Source: Candidatus Latescibacterota bacterium (lineage in GTDB: Bacteria > Latescibacterota > UBA2968). From it: 64,000 nucleotides of DNA. How positions within the stretch are numbered: the stretch's first letter is position 1; every line of letters starts with the position of its first letter. Below are positions 9,502 to 20,353 of this stretch, in pieces. Location of the stretch: assembly GCA_965198115.1 (NCBI GenBank), contig OZ240241.1, positions 4,384,001 to 4,448,000 of the forward strand, given 5' to 3'. The translations under genes and the position numbers were made by a program. The notes below the pieces were generated by a model, which made no database searches, was not told the DNA's origin, and saw only the letters and a program-made list of their open reading frames with translations.

Positions 9502-10359
9502 GTGTCAAAACTGTCGAAGAAGCCTTACGCACGCGAAGATGAATCCCTCGATCAATATCTCCAGGAGATCGGGGAAGTAGACCTCCTCACAGCCGACGAA
9601 GAGGTCACACTGGCAAAACGAATCAAAAAGGGCGATCAGGACGCCCTGGAAAAGCTCACGAAAGCCAACCTCCGGTTCGTCGTGAGTGTTGCCAAGCAGT
9701 ACCAGAATCAGGGCCTCTCTATGGGGGACCTCATCAACGAGGGCAACCTCGGCCTGATCAAAGCCGCCAAGCGATTCGACGAGACGAAAGGCTTCAAATT
9801 CATCTCATACGCCGTCTGGTGGATCCGTCAGGCCATCCTGCAGGCTCTGGCGGAACAATCCCGCATCGTCCGACTGCCTCTCAACAGGGTGGGCGCGCTC
9901 CATAAAATTGGAAAAGCCTCGAGCGGCCTCGAGCAGGAGTTCGGTCGCGAGCCCAGCCCTGGCGAAATAGCCGATGAACTGGACATGACCGACTACGAGG
10001 TCATGGACACACTCAAGATCTCCAGCCGTCATCTTTCGCTCGACGCACCCTTCAACGAGGGCGAAGACAACAGTCTCCTCGATGTCCTGGACGATCCCGA
10101 ACAGCTCGACCCCGACGAACCCCTCCTCGACGATTCTCTCAAGCGCGAAATCGAAAAAGCCCTCGCCACACTCACCCCTCGTGAAGCCGAAGTCATCAGC
10201 CTCTACTTCGGCATCAACCGTGAGCATTCCCTCACGCTCGAGGAAATCGGTGAACGGTTCGGGCTCACGCGCGAAAGGGTTCGCCAGATCAAGGAGAAAG
10301 CGATCTCGAGACTGCGCCACAACTCACGCAGCCGTCCCCTCAAGTCGTATCTCCACTGA
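9502..10359 (+). CDS. rpoD: RNA polymerase sigma-70 factor, RpoD/SigA family lacking region 1.1
   Basis: [65 protein letters not shown]. Confidence 0.9.
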   Translation: MSKLSKKPYAREDESLDQYLQEIGEVDLLTADEEVTLAKRIKKGDQDALEKLTKANLRFVVSVAKQYQNQGLSMGDLINEGNLGLIKAAKRFDETKGFKFISYAVWWIRQAILQALAEQSRIVRLPLNRVGALHKIGKASSGLEQEFGREPSPGEIADELDMTDYEVMDTLKISSRHLSLDAPFNEGEDNSLLDVLDDPEQLDPDEPLLDDSLKREIEKALATLTPREAEVISLYFGINREHSLTLEEIGERFGLTRERVRQIKEKAISRLRHNSRSRPLKSYLH

Positions 10360-10374
10360 TCGACTGAACACCCC

Positions 10375-10418
10375 AACGAAAAAGGCCATCGGGTAAGTCC
10401 GGTGGCCTTTCGTTTTTT
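10375..10418 (+). terminator. Intrinsic terminator after rpoD
   Basis: AAAGGCCATCGG-loop-CCGGTGGCCTTT followed by a T tract. Confidence 0.85.
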
Positions 10419-10660
10419 CGATGCCTATCCACGTGTCATCAGGCCGCGGTTCTACCCCTGAGACAACGCGAGTGCTTGAACCTAATTTTAATTTTTTCAA
10501 TAGTTTATTTTGATTTCGACAAGCCTTTCACTATTGACCATGAGGGCCAAAACCCTTACTTTACGGCGTCTTTCGCCTCGCTCGAGGCCGTGAACCTGGC
10601 GGGACTCTGACGTGTATCATTTGACGACGGAGACCGCCGCAATCCAACTGGAGGATTCGT

Positions 10661-10906
10661 ATGCCCCGGACACGTCTGTCCAACGCCCTGCTCTTCGTCG
10701 TTGCCGTGCTGCTGGCCGCCAACCTGGTGCGCCCCCTGTTCGAGACCACCCCCGCCTACGCAGATTCTCACGAGGGCGGCGACATGGCTTTAACCGGAAG
10801 CGGCGTCAGTGCCTTCTTGGTCAAGAACAATCAGGTCTACTACATCAAGTTCGAGACACAGTTCGAGTCGATCCGGATCTACGGACCTGAAGAAATAGAG
10901 GAATAG
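10661..10906 (+). CDS. Small hypothetical exported/membrane protein
   Basis: SD GGAGG; hydrophobic N-terminal segment ending in AYA. Confidence 0.6.
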   Translation: MPRTRLSNALLFVVAVLLAANLVRPLFETTPAYADSHEGGDMALTGSGVSAFLVKNNQVYYIKFETQFESIRIYGPEEIEE

Positions 10907-10983
10907 GTATTTTTTCGGAACCGAAGCCTAAGCCGTTGCCGGGCAACCTGAGCGTTTCCCGGCAACAGCTGTTACGCACGACC

Positions 10984-12024
10984 GTGAGCGACCGTCCAGA
11001 TTTCGAGTACACCGGCGCAATCCACATCCATTCTCGGTTTTCCGACGGATCGGGGTCGGTCGCGGACATCGTCGCTGCGGCCGCGGGAACGGGCGTCGAC
11101 TTCCTCGCCCTCACCGATCACAACACCGTCGAGGCCAGGGACGAAGGGTGGGAAGGGTGGAATGGAAACGTGCTGCTCCTGGTGGGAGACGAAGTGTCTT
11201 CTCGCCACGGCCACTGCCTTGCGCTGGGAACCGAAACACACGTCGAGCACCGACAGTCGGCATCCGGTGTCCTATCCGATATACGCGCTCAAGGCGGTCT
11301 GTCATTCATCGCCCACCCTCACGGCCGCTATCGGCCTCTTGTCCGGACCCGTGACCACTCCTGGCAAGACTGGTCGGCCGACGATTTCGTCGGACTCGAG
11401 CTATGGTCCTACATGTTCGATTGGGCGAGTTCTTTCCACTACTCACGCTTCGGAAAGCACTACCATAACCCGGACGAGTGCATTACCGGGCCCGAATCCG
11501 AAACGATCGAGCTGTGGGATCACCTCTGTAGCCGTCGCCGTGTCGTCGCCGTCGGCGGGGTCGACGTGCACGCTCGTCGCTTTGCCCCCTTGCCGTTCGT
11601 GGTATTCCCCTACCGCGACTGTTTTCGGACGGTGCGAACGCACGTGCTCACCGATCGTGCCCTCACCAGATCGGATGCGGAGGACATCGACACGATCCTT
11701 CAGCACCTCGGCGCAGGACACGTGTTCATCGCCTACGACCTGCTTGCCGAGGCGGGGGGCACGCGCTTCTGGGCGCCCGACCTCGACGCTGTCCTGGGAG
11801 ACGAGCGGTTGTATACGGGCCCGACGACACTCAAGCTGACTCTGCCTATCGAGGCGGATGTGACCATCCTGCGGGACGGTCGAAGCTGGCAGGTTTCTCA
11901 CGGGAGCAGCTGGGAGGGATCGGCTGACGGTCCGGGCGTCTATCGCGTCGGGGCGCGACTCCGTGGGCGACCGTGGCTCTACACCAACCCCATCTATCTC
12001 CGATCTGGGAACGAACAGACGTGA
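10984..12024 (+). CDS. PHP-domain metallohydrolase (CehA/McbA-like)
   Basis: HIHSRFSDG, LALTDHN, FIAHP, GGVDVH, C-terminal WLYTNPIY. Confidence 0.8.
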   Translation: MSDRPDFEYTGAIHIHSRFSDGSGSVADIVAAAAGTGVDFLALTDHNTVEARDEGWEGWNGNVLLLVGDEVSSRHGHCLALGTETHVEHRQSASGVLSDIRAQGGLSFIAHPHGRYRPLVRTRDHSWQDWSADDFVGLELWSYMFDWASSFHYSRFGKHYHNPDECITGPESETIELWDHLCSRRRVVAVGGVDVHARRFAPLPFVVFPYRDCFRTVRTHVLTDRALTRSDAEDIDTILQHLGAGHVFIAYDLLAEAGGTRFWAPDLDAVLGDERLYTGPTTLKLTLPIEADVTILRDGRSWQVSHGSSWEGSADGPGVYRVGARLRGRPWLYTNPIYLRSGNEQT

Positions 12025-14540
12025 GTTTCACTCAAATCAACCGCATCGTCGGCGGCCTCGTTTTCGCCCTCACCCTGACGATCTACTTTCTGACCGTCGC
12101 CCCGACGGTCGCGTTCTGGGATTGCGGTGAATTCATCACCACGTCCTACATACTAGGCGTCCCACATCCACCCGGCGCCCCCTTCTACACGCTTCTCGGT
12201 CGCATCTTCAGCATGCTCGCCATCCTCGGCGACGAAATTGCACTGCGGGTCAATTTTCTGTCGGTCGCGTCGGGTGCGGTCACGGTCGCCCTCATCTACC
12301 TTTGCGTCGTCCGTCTGCTGGCTCAGTGGCTGGACCGCGACGATCCGACGCATCGTGTCGCCATCATCACGGGGGGTGTGGTATCCGCCCTGTCGGTCGC
12401 TTTCTCGACCTCCTTCTGGGCCAACTCATCCGAGGCCGAAGTCTACGGCCTTTCCATGACGATCACTCTGCTGGCCTACTGGCTCGCCCTTCGGTGGGAC
12501 GACGGGCACAAGAGCCTGGCGAGCGACCGGATGCTCATCCTGATCGCATATCTATTCGGTCTGGGTGCTGGCGTACATCTACAGGTGCTGCTGACGATCC
12601 CGGGCATCCTCATCCTCGTCTTCACCGATCTGATGGAGGACACTTCGGCTCCCCACCAGACGTGGGTTGCGAGCGGGCTCATCGGCTTCCCTCTCATCGC
12701 CATCTTCGCACCCACGTTCGTGACGGCCGTCGTCGCGGCCGGCCTGATCATCGCACTCATGCTGCTCCGCCCCGAGTGGCGGGCGCCGCTGTTCTGGATC
12801 GTCGGCACCGGCCTCGGTGTCTTGGGCGCGTTGGGGGCCGGCGCATCCGTGGACACCGTGATGACCCTCGGTCTGATGCTCGTCCTTTTCGTCCTGGCCT
12901 TTGTCCGCTGGCCCGCGATGCGGTCGACGCTCTCTCCCTTCTGGATCGCCGCACTCGTCACGGCCGGCCTCGGATTCTCGACTTACGTCGCATTGTCCGT
13001 GCGTTCCGGGCTGAACCCCCTGATCGACATGAACAACCCGGAATCGTGGGAAAATTTCAAAGCGTTCCTGGGCCGCCAGCAATACGGCACCCACAGCTCG
13101 TGGCCACGCAGGGGTGATTTTGGGTCCTACCAGCTGAACATCCACATCAAGTACTTCCTGCAACAGTTTCCGTTCTACGACAGCTTCGCCGCGACTTTCC
13201 GGCGGGCGGTGCCGAACTCGCAGACCGCCGAACAGATCCAGGTGTTCTCCATCATTCCCCTCCTGTTCGGTGCTGCGGGCATGGTCTACCATTGGCGGAA
13301 CGATTGGCGTCGGTTTGCTTCCGTTCTCTCCATGTTCACCCTCATGGGACTCGGGCTCGTCCTCTACCTCAACATGCCCGACCCCGAGCCCCGGGAGCGC
13401 GAATACATCTTCGTCGGTGCCTACACATTCTTCGGATTCTGGATGGGCATAGGGGCGGCCTGGCTCATCGTGAGTCTGACAGAATCGGCCACCACGCGGG
13501 CGGCAGTGCTGGGGGCCGCCGTTCTGGCGCTCTTGCTACCGGCCGGCATCCTGCAGAGCAACCTTTTTTCGCACGATCGCCGGGGTAACAAGATTCCCTA
13601 CGACTACGCCTACAACATCCTCCAGACCTGCGCTCCGAACGCAGTCCTCTTCACCAACGGGGACAACGATACCTATCCGCTTTGGTTTCTGCAGCACGTC
13701 GAAGGGGTAAGGACCGACGTCCGACTCGTCAACCTGAGTCTGATAAAAACCGCGTGGTACATCGAACAGCTCCGTGACCTGGAACCCAGAATCCCCGTAG
13801 GCTTGGCCGACTCCGAAATTCGCGAAAAGATGCTGCCCTACCCGTGGGAAGACCCTCGCGATATCGATGTGTCGGGGTTGCAGGTCAAAGCTGAAAACAT
13901 CCCCACGGCCGTGTATCGAACGACCGGGGGCAGACCCGTCGACGTCATCGAAGCACATTCGATCATGATCTGGTGGCTCGTCAGCAAGATCGACTGGCGC
14001 GGCGACAGACCGATCTACTTTGCTGTGACGGTACCGACAAGCAGCCAGGCCGGTCTCCGTCCCTACCTCTCGATGGAAGGGATGGCCTACCGGCTCGTCG
14101 ACAACCACGGGCCGGGGCAGTTCGACATCCTCAAAGCGGCCCAGAACCTCATGTCACAATACCGATACCGCGGCGTCAATGACGAAACCGTTTACAAAGA
14201 TCCCGTGGCGCGGCGCCTCCTCGGGAACTACCTGGTGCTGTTCGAGGGACTCGTGCAGGCTTTCGTGCAGATCGGACAGTATGGCAATGCGATGACCGCG
14301 CTCGCGTTCGCCGAGGCGAATATTCCCCCGCACGCTCTCGATGACGCGAGCATGTGGGTGCCGCTATCCTATCGCTACCGGGACATCGCTCTCGGATTCC
14401 ACGAGGCCGGAAAGACCGACAGTGCGGTGGTCGCGCTCGAACGTTTGATCAATCTCAACCCCAACATCGCGAACGCCGATGAGGTCGGAACCATCATCGA
14501 CGCGTGGCGTTCCGAAGCGGACTCCCTCATCCTGCCGTAG
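12021..14540 (+). CDS. DUF2723/TMEM260-like membrane glycosyltransferase
   Basis: APTVAFWDCGEFI, GVPHPPGAP, EAEVY, EPREREY, FTNGDNDTYPLW; GTGA overlap with the PHP gene. Confidence 0.85.
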   Translation: MSFTQINRIVGGLVFALTLTIYFLTVAPTVAFWDCGEFITTSYILGVPHPPGAPFYTLLGRIFSMLAILGDEIALRVNFLSVASGAVTVALIYLCVVRLLAQWLDRDDPTHRVAIITGGVVSALSVAFSTSFWANSSEAEVYGLSMTITLLAYWLALRWDDGHKSLASDRMLILIAYLFGLGAGVHLQVLLTIPGILILVFTDLMEDTSAPHQTWVASGLIGFPLIAIFAPTFVTAVVAAGLIIALMLLRPEWRAPLFWIVGTGLGVLGALGAGASVDTVMTLGLMLVLFVLAFVRWPAMRSTLSPFWIAALVTAGLGFSTYVALSVRSGLNPLIDMNNPESWENFKAFLGRQQYGTHSSWPRRGDFGSYQLNIHIKYFLQQFPFYDSFAATFRRAVPNSQTAEQIQVFSIIPLLFGAAGMVYHWRNDWRRFASVLSMFTLMGLGLVLYLNMPDPEPREREYIFVGAYTFFGFWMGIGAAWLIVSLTESATTRAAVLGAAVLALLLPAGILQSNLFSHDRRGNKIPYDYAYNILQTCAPNAVLFTNGDNDTYPLWFLQHVEGVRTDVRLVNLSLIKTAWYIEQLRDLEPRIPVGLADSEIREKMLPYPWEDPRDIDVSGLQVKAENIPTAVYRTTGGRPVDVIEAHSIMIWWLVSKIDWRGDRPIYFAVTVPTSSQAGLRPYLSMEGMAYRLVDNHGPGQFDILKAAQNLMSQYRYRGVNDETVYKDPVARRLLGNYLVLFEGLVQAFVQIGQYGNAMTALAFAEANIPPHALDDASMWVPLSYRYRDIALGFHEAGKTDSAVVALERLINLNPNIANADEVGTIIDAWRSEADSLILP

Positions 14541-14565
14541 CCACGTAGCAATCACCCTCAAAGAC

Positions 14566-14600
14566 AAAGGCTGACCACACGCAACGCTGGCCAGCCTTTC
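14566..14600. terminator. Hairpin between convergent genes (probable terminator)
   Basis: AAAGGCTGACCA...TGGCCAGCCTTT. Confidence 0.6.
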
Positions 14601-14705
14601 CTCTTCTGGTCCGTCCCCTTGTTCTCCGCCTTGGCCTTTCTGTCAGCGCGGCCGTGGATCAACCCCGACCACGTCGAAGGGGCTGCTCCTGCGTCTGCGA
14701 TCACA

Positions 14706-15380
14706 TCACGCAACGACGACCGGCAACCGCCGAACACGTCGTCGCATCAGCAGAAACCCCACCACGAACCCGCCGATGTGCGCATACCACGCCACACCCC
14801 CACCACCGACGGAGGCGTTCAAGATTTGACCGATAAACCAGATCCCCAAAACGATAACGGCAGGTATGCGGACAATCTGCACAAAGAAAAAGAGGAAGAT
14901 CAGTGTATGTACGCGAGCACCCGGATAGGCCGCCACGTAGGCCCCGAGGACGCCCGCGATGGCTCCGCTCGCACCAACCAGAGGGATCGTCGAGTCCGGT
15001 CCCGTCACAACGTGGGCAAGTGACGCCGCAACGCCACAGAATAGATAGAAAACCAAAAACCGTACGTGCCCCAGTGCGTCCTCGATGTTGTTCCCAAAGA
15101 TCCACAGATACAGCATATTCCCGGCAAGATGAAGCCACCCCCCGTGCAGAAACAGAGAAGTGATCAACGTCGCATAGAGCGGTATCGGCGTGGGCGAGAC
15201 GGCATCGACCGCACGGGTCACTTCGAACGGCACGGCGCCGAAGCTCGACGTGAACGCGTCGAATCCGGTCGGACCCAGAAGCTTCGCATACACGAAAATC
15301 ACGACATTCGCCAAAAGGATCGTGGTCACGAACAGCGGAACTCGACGGGTCGGATTGTCGTCTCGAATGGGCAGCAGCAT
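14706..15380 (-). CDS. Rhomboid family intramembrane serine protease
   Basis: PIRDDNP, FLHGGWLHLAGNMLYLWIFGNNIED, GASGAIAG, WYAHIGGF. Confidence 0.92.
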   Translation of the reverse strand: MLLPIRDDNPTRRVPLFVTTILLANVVIFVYAKLLGPTGFDAFTSSFGAVPFEVTRAVDAVSPTPIPLYATLITSLFLHGGWLHLAGNMLYLWIFGNNIEDALGHVRFLVFYLFCGVAASLAHVVTGPDSTIPLVGASGAIAGVLGAYVAAYPGARVHTLIFLFFFVQIVRIPAVIVLGIWFIGQILNASVGGGGVAWYAHIGGFVVGFLLMRRRVRRLPVVVA

Positions 15381-15491
15381 GGATCACACTCGTTGCGGGT
15401 GGCGCTTTTCTCCCAGGTTTGATGCTTTAATGGGGCGATCTGTTTCCCGTTTTGCTGGATCCAATCTAGCAGGCCGGCGTGAAGGATCCGC

Positions 15492-17537
15492 TCATTCTCC
15501 CCCCACGATAAACCGTCTTGTCTCCGACGACTCGTTGCCACAGACATCTCGGACCCTGACCGTCCATTCGTGAGGCCCCGCGATGAGCGGAGCGCGAAGA
15601 ATCCCCTTGGCAATCTCCCCTTCGGGGTCGTATTCGAAGATCAGCGTCTGGCCGTCCATCGTCATCGCGATCAGCTCCTCCATCGGGATGCCCGACAGCG
15701 AGTCGTGCAGCGCCACAGAAATCTCGGGCACGGGCTCGACGCGTTCGCCCTCACCCGGCACCAGACGCGCCAGGACAGGAGGCTCGTCATCGCGGACCAC
15801 CGCATACGTGGAGAAGTGCCATACACCCGCCCACACGGTCCCCCGCTCGTGGTCCACATCGTTCCACACGAAGGTCCAGCCCTGGTCCGTCCACTCGTAA
15901 ACACCCAGCTTCTCGGGAGCGGGTGTCGCCTCGGGAATGCGGAAATGTATCTGGACCATCTCGCGGAAGGGGATGGTCGCGGGCTCGAATCGGTAGGCGC
16001 GACTGACCGGCACCACACCGGCCGAGTCGGCAATTACAGTCGAGTCGACCCTCACCTGTGCGAAGAACGGGGCATACACGCTACTCGGCGGCACGATGGT
16101 CCGCGCAATCCCGTCGTCGGAAGCCACTTCGCCGCCATCCCGGCCGATCGCCGTCGGACTCAGCGCGAATCGGCCGGAGGCTTCCGATCCGTCGGAAAGC
16201 GATGCGGTCACGTCCAACGTCAGCGAAGACCCCCAGGCAAGATCGATCGGAATGTGTGCGGTGTGGTCATCGACCAGCACCGCGCGAGGCTGCGTGCTCG
16301 ACTCTCGAAGACCCACGCGTGGGGGCCCGGTCATCGATTTCGAAGTCTCGACGGACATCACGACGTGGCGCGCATAGTGAATCGGTCTTAACGAAAGCGG
16401 AAACCGCGAGTCGGCCGCTCCCGAATCTGCAAAAACGGGCGTCGGGGAACGGCGTTCTACCACGATCGGAATGTGGACGATCGAGCTGTTGCCGTTCGCG
16501 TCCTCCGCGACGACGGCGAGGTCGTGGTCCCCTTCGTTCAATGCCGTGTCCAACCCTCGACCCACGGTTCCGGCCGACAGAATGCCGGCACCGGGTTCCA
16601 TATCGGGATGATCGCCTCCGTAGATCCCGAGGTTGTTTCCGGGCAGCAGATAGAGGTTGTGGAATCCTTTTCGACCGCTTCGCGTCAGGTAAAAGTTTCG
16701 ATCGAGGTCCACTCGTCTGATCTGGGCATAGGTGAAGGCGCTGTAGGTGGTCCGAAAGAGCTCACGACCTCCGGCCACGAGCCTGATTCGGTAGGGCGCA
16801 AGCCTGTTCGTGAGGGCCGAGGCATCGGCACGGTCGAAGATGTTGATCGCCAAGCCGAAACGTCCCCACAGGGACAGGCGTTGCGTCAAAAAACGACCGG
16901 ACCCCTCGTCCCACCTCACGGGCAGAACGCGTGTGTCCGCGCCGGACCCGATGCGCGTGGACACGTCCATCGGAATAAAGGCCACCGACACGGGTGTCGG
17001 CGAAATCGTGTCCGCCACGCCGAATCCGTTGGTCAGGGGATTCAGCGGCTCCTCGCCATACTGCCCGTCCCGGATCTCGAAGTGTAGATGCGGGTATCCC
17101 GATCCGGTCGACCCGCTGAACGCAATCACCTGGCCTCGCTTCACCGGGAGCCGGTCCGCCTGAAGGTAAACGTTGACGCTGTAGGCCCCTCTGCGGTCCT
17201 GTTCTGCTGCAACCACGCGTTCGATCGGCGAGCTGAACCTGGAGAGATGTGCGTAAACGGCGGTCCTACCGTCGGCCAGACGGACGTAGAGCGCCCTGCC
17301 GTAGCCCCACGGCGAAGTCCGAACCCTCCATACGTAGCCGTCAGCTACGGCAACACAGGGGATACCCTCCTTACCCCAGGTTTTGATGTCCAACCCGGCG
17401 TGGAATCTACCGGACCGGTATTCTGCATACGTGGAGGTTAGGGCGGGAGCCAGATCGAGCGGCCAGTCATAACGATCATCCGCCGATACGTGGGCAGGTA
17501 GGACGAGGAGAGCGGCAAGAGTCAGGCAAACAGTCAC
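15492..17537 (-). CDS. M23 family metallopeptidase with long C-terminal domains
   Basis: Signal peptide; EYRSGRFHAGLD (HxxxD), YAHL, PHLHFEIR (HxH). Confidence 0.85.
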   Translation of the reverse strand: MTVCLTLAALLVLPAHVSADDRYDWPLDLAPALTSTYAEYRSGRFHAGLDIKTWGKEGIPCVAVADGYVWRVRTSPWGYGRALYVRLADGRTAVYAHLSRFSSPIERVVAAEQDRRGAYSVNVYLQADRLPVKRGQVIAFSGSTGSGYPHLHFEIRDGQYGEEPLNPLTNGFGVADTISPTPVSVAFIPMDVSTRIGSGADTRVLPVRWDEGSGRFLTQRLSLWGRFGLAINIFDRADASALTNRLAPYRIRLVAGGRELFRTTYSAFTYAQIRRVDLDRNFYLTRSGRKGFHNLYLLPGNNLGIYGGDHPDMEPGAGILSAGTVGRGLDTALNEGDHDLAVVAEDANGNSSIVHIPIVVERRSPTPVFADSGAADSRFPLSLRPIHYARHVVMSVETSKSMTGPPRVGLRESSTQPRAVLVDDHTAHIPIDLAWGSSLTLDVTASLSDGSEASGRFALSPTAIGRDGGEVASDDGIARTIVPPSSVYAPFFAQVRVDSTVIADSAGVVPVSRAYRFEPATIPFREMVQIHFRIPEATPAPEKLGVYEWTDQGWTFVWNDVDHERGTVWAGVWHFSTYAVVRDDEPPVLARLVPGEGERVEPVPEISVALHDSLSGIPMEELIAMTMDGQTLIFEYDPEGEIAKGILRAPLIAGPHEWTVRVRDVCGNESSETRRFIVGGE

Positions 17538-17572
17538 GTAAGTCCTTTGAGAATCCGCTAGTTATTCGAGCG

Positions 17573-17602
17573 AGTATAGGGCCCTTTTCCTTACCGGGTC
17601 AA
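17573..17602 (-). promoter_or_regulatory. Sigma70-type promoter for the M23 gene
   Basis: TTGACC-N18-TATACT on the minus strand. Confidence 0.6.
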
Positions 17603-17643
17603 GCAGCCCGAATCATTCACCCGAGTCGGAAGCCAAAAAAACC

Positions 17644-17689
17644 TTGATCGCCAAAAACCTTCACTATACATTTGAAAATCAACAACTTG
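17644..17689 (+). promoter_or_regulatory. Putative promoter plus IHF-consensus site upstream of the PPIase gene
   Basis: TTGATC-N17-TACATT; AATCAACAACTTG at 17677-17689 matches WATCAANNNNTTR. Confidence 0.45.
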
Positions 17690-17794
17690 AGACTGGTTTT
17701 CTCTGCACGGTTTCCCTTCTCACCCGCTGATCCCGCCGAGCTTCCCCTCCCTGCAGGCAGCTGGGTTATCCCGATCGAAAGGACTCGTAGGAGC

Positions 17795-19612
17795 ATGCTG
17801 TCAACATTTCGCAGTGCAGTTTTTGTCAAAGCCATGATGTGGATCGTTGCGATCGCATTCGTCGGGCTCATCGTCTTCGAGTGGGGTGCCGACTTCAGTA
17901 GCACGGGTGGACGTGGATCGTCCAACCTGGTCGGGATCATCAACGGAAAAGAAGTATCCTACGAGCAGTTCGATCAGCAGCTCCGCAATGCCTATCGCCT
18001 GGAAAAGAACCGAGGCGTCCCCGACCCCGAAATCAGCCGTCTCATCCAGCAGGAATGGGAAGCACTCATCACCCAGACCATTTTTTCAGCGCAGCTAGCC
18101 CACTACCAGATTGAGGCCTCCGACAGAGAAGTCGACTTCCTGAACCGAAACAACCCGCCACAGGAGATTCGGAACATCGACTTCTTCCGAACCGAGGACA
18201 AGTTCGATTTTGCCAAATACCATCAGTTCCTGGATAGTCCGTCGACCTACGCCGACCTGAACAACAAACAGATCGTGCTCTATGCCGAAAACCGGGCACG
18301 AGAGATGGTCCTGACGGGAAAGCTGCAGAATCTCGTAGCCGGCAGCGTCAAGGTGACCGAAACCGAAGTTCGGCGGGCCTGGCTCGACAAAAACGAAAAG
18401 GTCCGCGTCGAATACGCTGGTATAGAGGCGGCGCGATTGGCGGATTCCCTCGTCACCTTCCAGGAATCCGAACTCCTAGACCACTACGAGACGAACAGAC
18501 AGGAGTTCCATCAGAAAGAAGCGATCAGGGCATCCTTCGTCTCCTTCCCCAAGGCGGCGACCAGCCGCGACGAGATCTACGCTCGCAACGAGATTCATCG
18601 CATTCGTGAAGAGCTCGATTCGGGCGGCGACTTCGCTCGGCTGGCCACCGAGTACTCCGATGACCCGGGAAGTGCACGAAAGGGAGGCGACCTGGGCTTC
18701 TTCGGTCGGGGTCGAATGGTCAAGGCGTTCGAGGACACGGCTTTCACCCTCGCCGACGGGATGATGTCCCGACCTTTCCGAACCCAATTCGGCTGGCACA
18801 TCGTCAAAGTCGAGGAAACGCGCGGTGACGGCGACAGCCTCGAGGTCCACGCCCGCCACATCCTTCTACAGGTAGAACCCGGCAGAGACACGGTCGACAG
18901 CCTCCGACTCGTGGCTGAAGAATTCGTTGAAAGGGCCGAAGAATCCGGTTTTGCCAGCGCAGCCAGCAGACTTGGAATCGAACCGAACGACTCCGGCTTC
19001 ATCACGGCCGGCTCTTTCTTCCCACTCCTCGGAAACAAGACCTCGGGACTCGTAAACGGCTTCCTCGAGGCACAGCCGGGTCACGTATCACAGGTATTCG
19101 ACACCGAGCGCGGTCTCTATGCCTTTGCTTTGGCGGACAAACGCAACGCGGGGGTTCGGCCCTTCGATGAAGTGCGAAACCAGATCGCGGGCCGGGTACG
19201 CCGGGAGAAGAAGCTGGCGCTGGCACAGGCCAGAGTCGAACAGTTCAGAAACGAAATCGGACCGGGCGGCGCACTCGCCTCCGACGACGACCTTCGGCAC
19301 GCATCGCCAGAGCCGTTTTCCCGGACGGATTTCGTTCCCGTCGTCGGGAGCAGAAATGCCTTTGTTGGAGCCGCGTTCGAACTGCCCATCGGCGAACTGA
19401 GCGAAGTGGTCGTGACTCAGAACGGGGCCTATGTCCTCAGAGTCCTCGACCGAACAGAGGCCGACACCACATCTTATTCGACCGACCGAACGACGCTCGA
19501 AGGTCAAATGCTCGAGCAAAAGAGAAACGACTTGGCGGAGGCGTGGCTCGGCGATCTCCGGAACAAGGCCGAAGTCACCGATTACCGTCACCGATTCTAT
19601 TCTGAATTCTGA
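17795..19612 (+). CDS. PpiD/SurA-like parvulin peptidyl-prolyl isomerase chaperone
   Basis: N-terminal TM anchor, SurA_N-like domain, FARLATEYSDDPGSARKGGDLGFF, FRTQFGWHIVK, ARHIL. Confidence 0.88.
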   Translation: MLSTFRSAVFVKAMMWIVAIAFVGLIVFEWGADFSSTGGRGSSNLVGIINGKEVSYEQFDQQLRNAYRLEKNRGVPDPEISRLIQQEWEALITQTIFSAQLAHYQIEASDREVDFLNRNNPPQEIRNIDFFRTEDKFDFAKYHQFLDSPSTYADLNNKQIVLYAENRAREMVLTGKLQNLVAGSVKVTETEVRRAWLDKNEKVRVEYAGIEAARLADSLVTFQESELLDHYETNRQEFHQKEAIRASFVSFPKAATSRDEIYARNEIHRIREELDSGGDFARLATEYSDDPGSARKGGDLGFFGRGRMVKAFEDTAFTLADGMMSRPFRTQFGWHIVKVEETRGDGDSLEVHARHILLQVEPGRDTVDSLRLVAEEFVERAEESGFASAASRLGIEPNDSGFITAGSFFPLLGNKTSGLVNGFLEAQPGHVSQVFDTERGLYAFALADKRNAGVRPFDEVRNQIAGRVRREKKLALAQARVEQFRNEIGPGGALASDDDLRHASPEPFSRTDFVPVVGSRNAFVGAAFELPIGELSEVVVTQNGAYVLRVLDRTEADTTSYSTDRTTLEGQMLEQKRNDLAEAWLGDLRNKAEVTDYRHRFYSEF

Positions 19613-19651
19613 GATGTGCGCATCGGACCCGCAAGATGGAGACACGACACC

Positions 19652-20353
19652 ATGGCCGTTGTCACCGTGTCACGTCAACTCGGGAGCGCGGGCGACCTCA
19701 TTGCCGCGGCCGCAGCCAGGGAATTGCGTTACGACCTCGTCGACAAGGATCTCATCACCGAGGTCGCGCGTGAAGCCAACGTTTCCGAAGAGGAAGTCGA
19801 ACGCTTCGACGAACAGGCCACGAGCCCGATCAAACAGTTCCTGCACAGCCTGATCACACCATCCAAAACGGTGCCTGTTCCCCCTGCCATGCTCTGGGGA
19901 CTCGAATACCCGTACGAAGTGTCGGCCTCGCTGCTCGCCGAGGATGGTGCCGATTCCGAAGATCGCCATTTTCTCGACCACCAAAGCTACCTCCAGTTTC
20001 TGCGTGCAACGGTCAATCGGTTGCACGGCCGTGGGAGCGTCGTCATCGTCGGACGTGGCGGGCAAGCCATTCTCAAAGAAGAGGACGACGTCGTTCACAT
20101 CCGAACCGTCGCCCCCATCGACCATCGCGTCAAAACCGTTTGCAGTCGCTACGACGTGGCCGAAGGTGAGGCAAAGGAAATGATTCGGTCGAGCGACAGA
20201 CGACGATCGGCATACGTAAAGAGCAACTACGGACTCGATTGGAGCGACGGCTCCAACTATCACCTGGTCATCAACACGGGCTCGGTACCCGACGACGTAG
20301 CTGCTATCCTCGTCGGGGGCGCTGTTCGAGCATTGGAAGGGAAAAGTGCGTAA
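19652..20353 (+). CDS. Cytidylate kinase-like family protein
   Basis: VTVSRQLGSAG, VIVGRGG, SDRRRSAYVKSNYGLDWSD..YHLVINT. Confidence 0.85.
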   Translation: MAVVTVSRQLGSAGDLIAAAAARELRYDLVDKDLITEVAREANVSEEEVERFDEQATSPIKQFLHSLITPSKTVPVPPAMLWGLEYPYEVSASLLAEDGADSEDRHFLDHQSYLQFLRATVNRLHGRGSVVIVGRGGQAILKEEDDVVHIRTVAPIDHRVKTVCSRYDVAEGEAKEMIRSSDRRRSAYVKSNYGLDWSDGSNYHLVINTGSVPDDVAAILVGGAVRALEGKSA

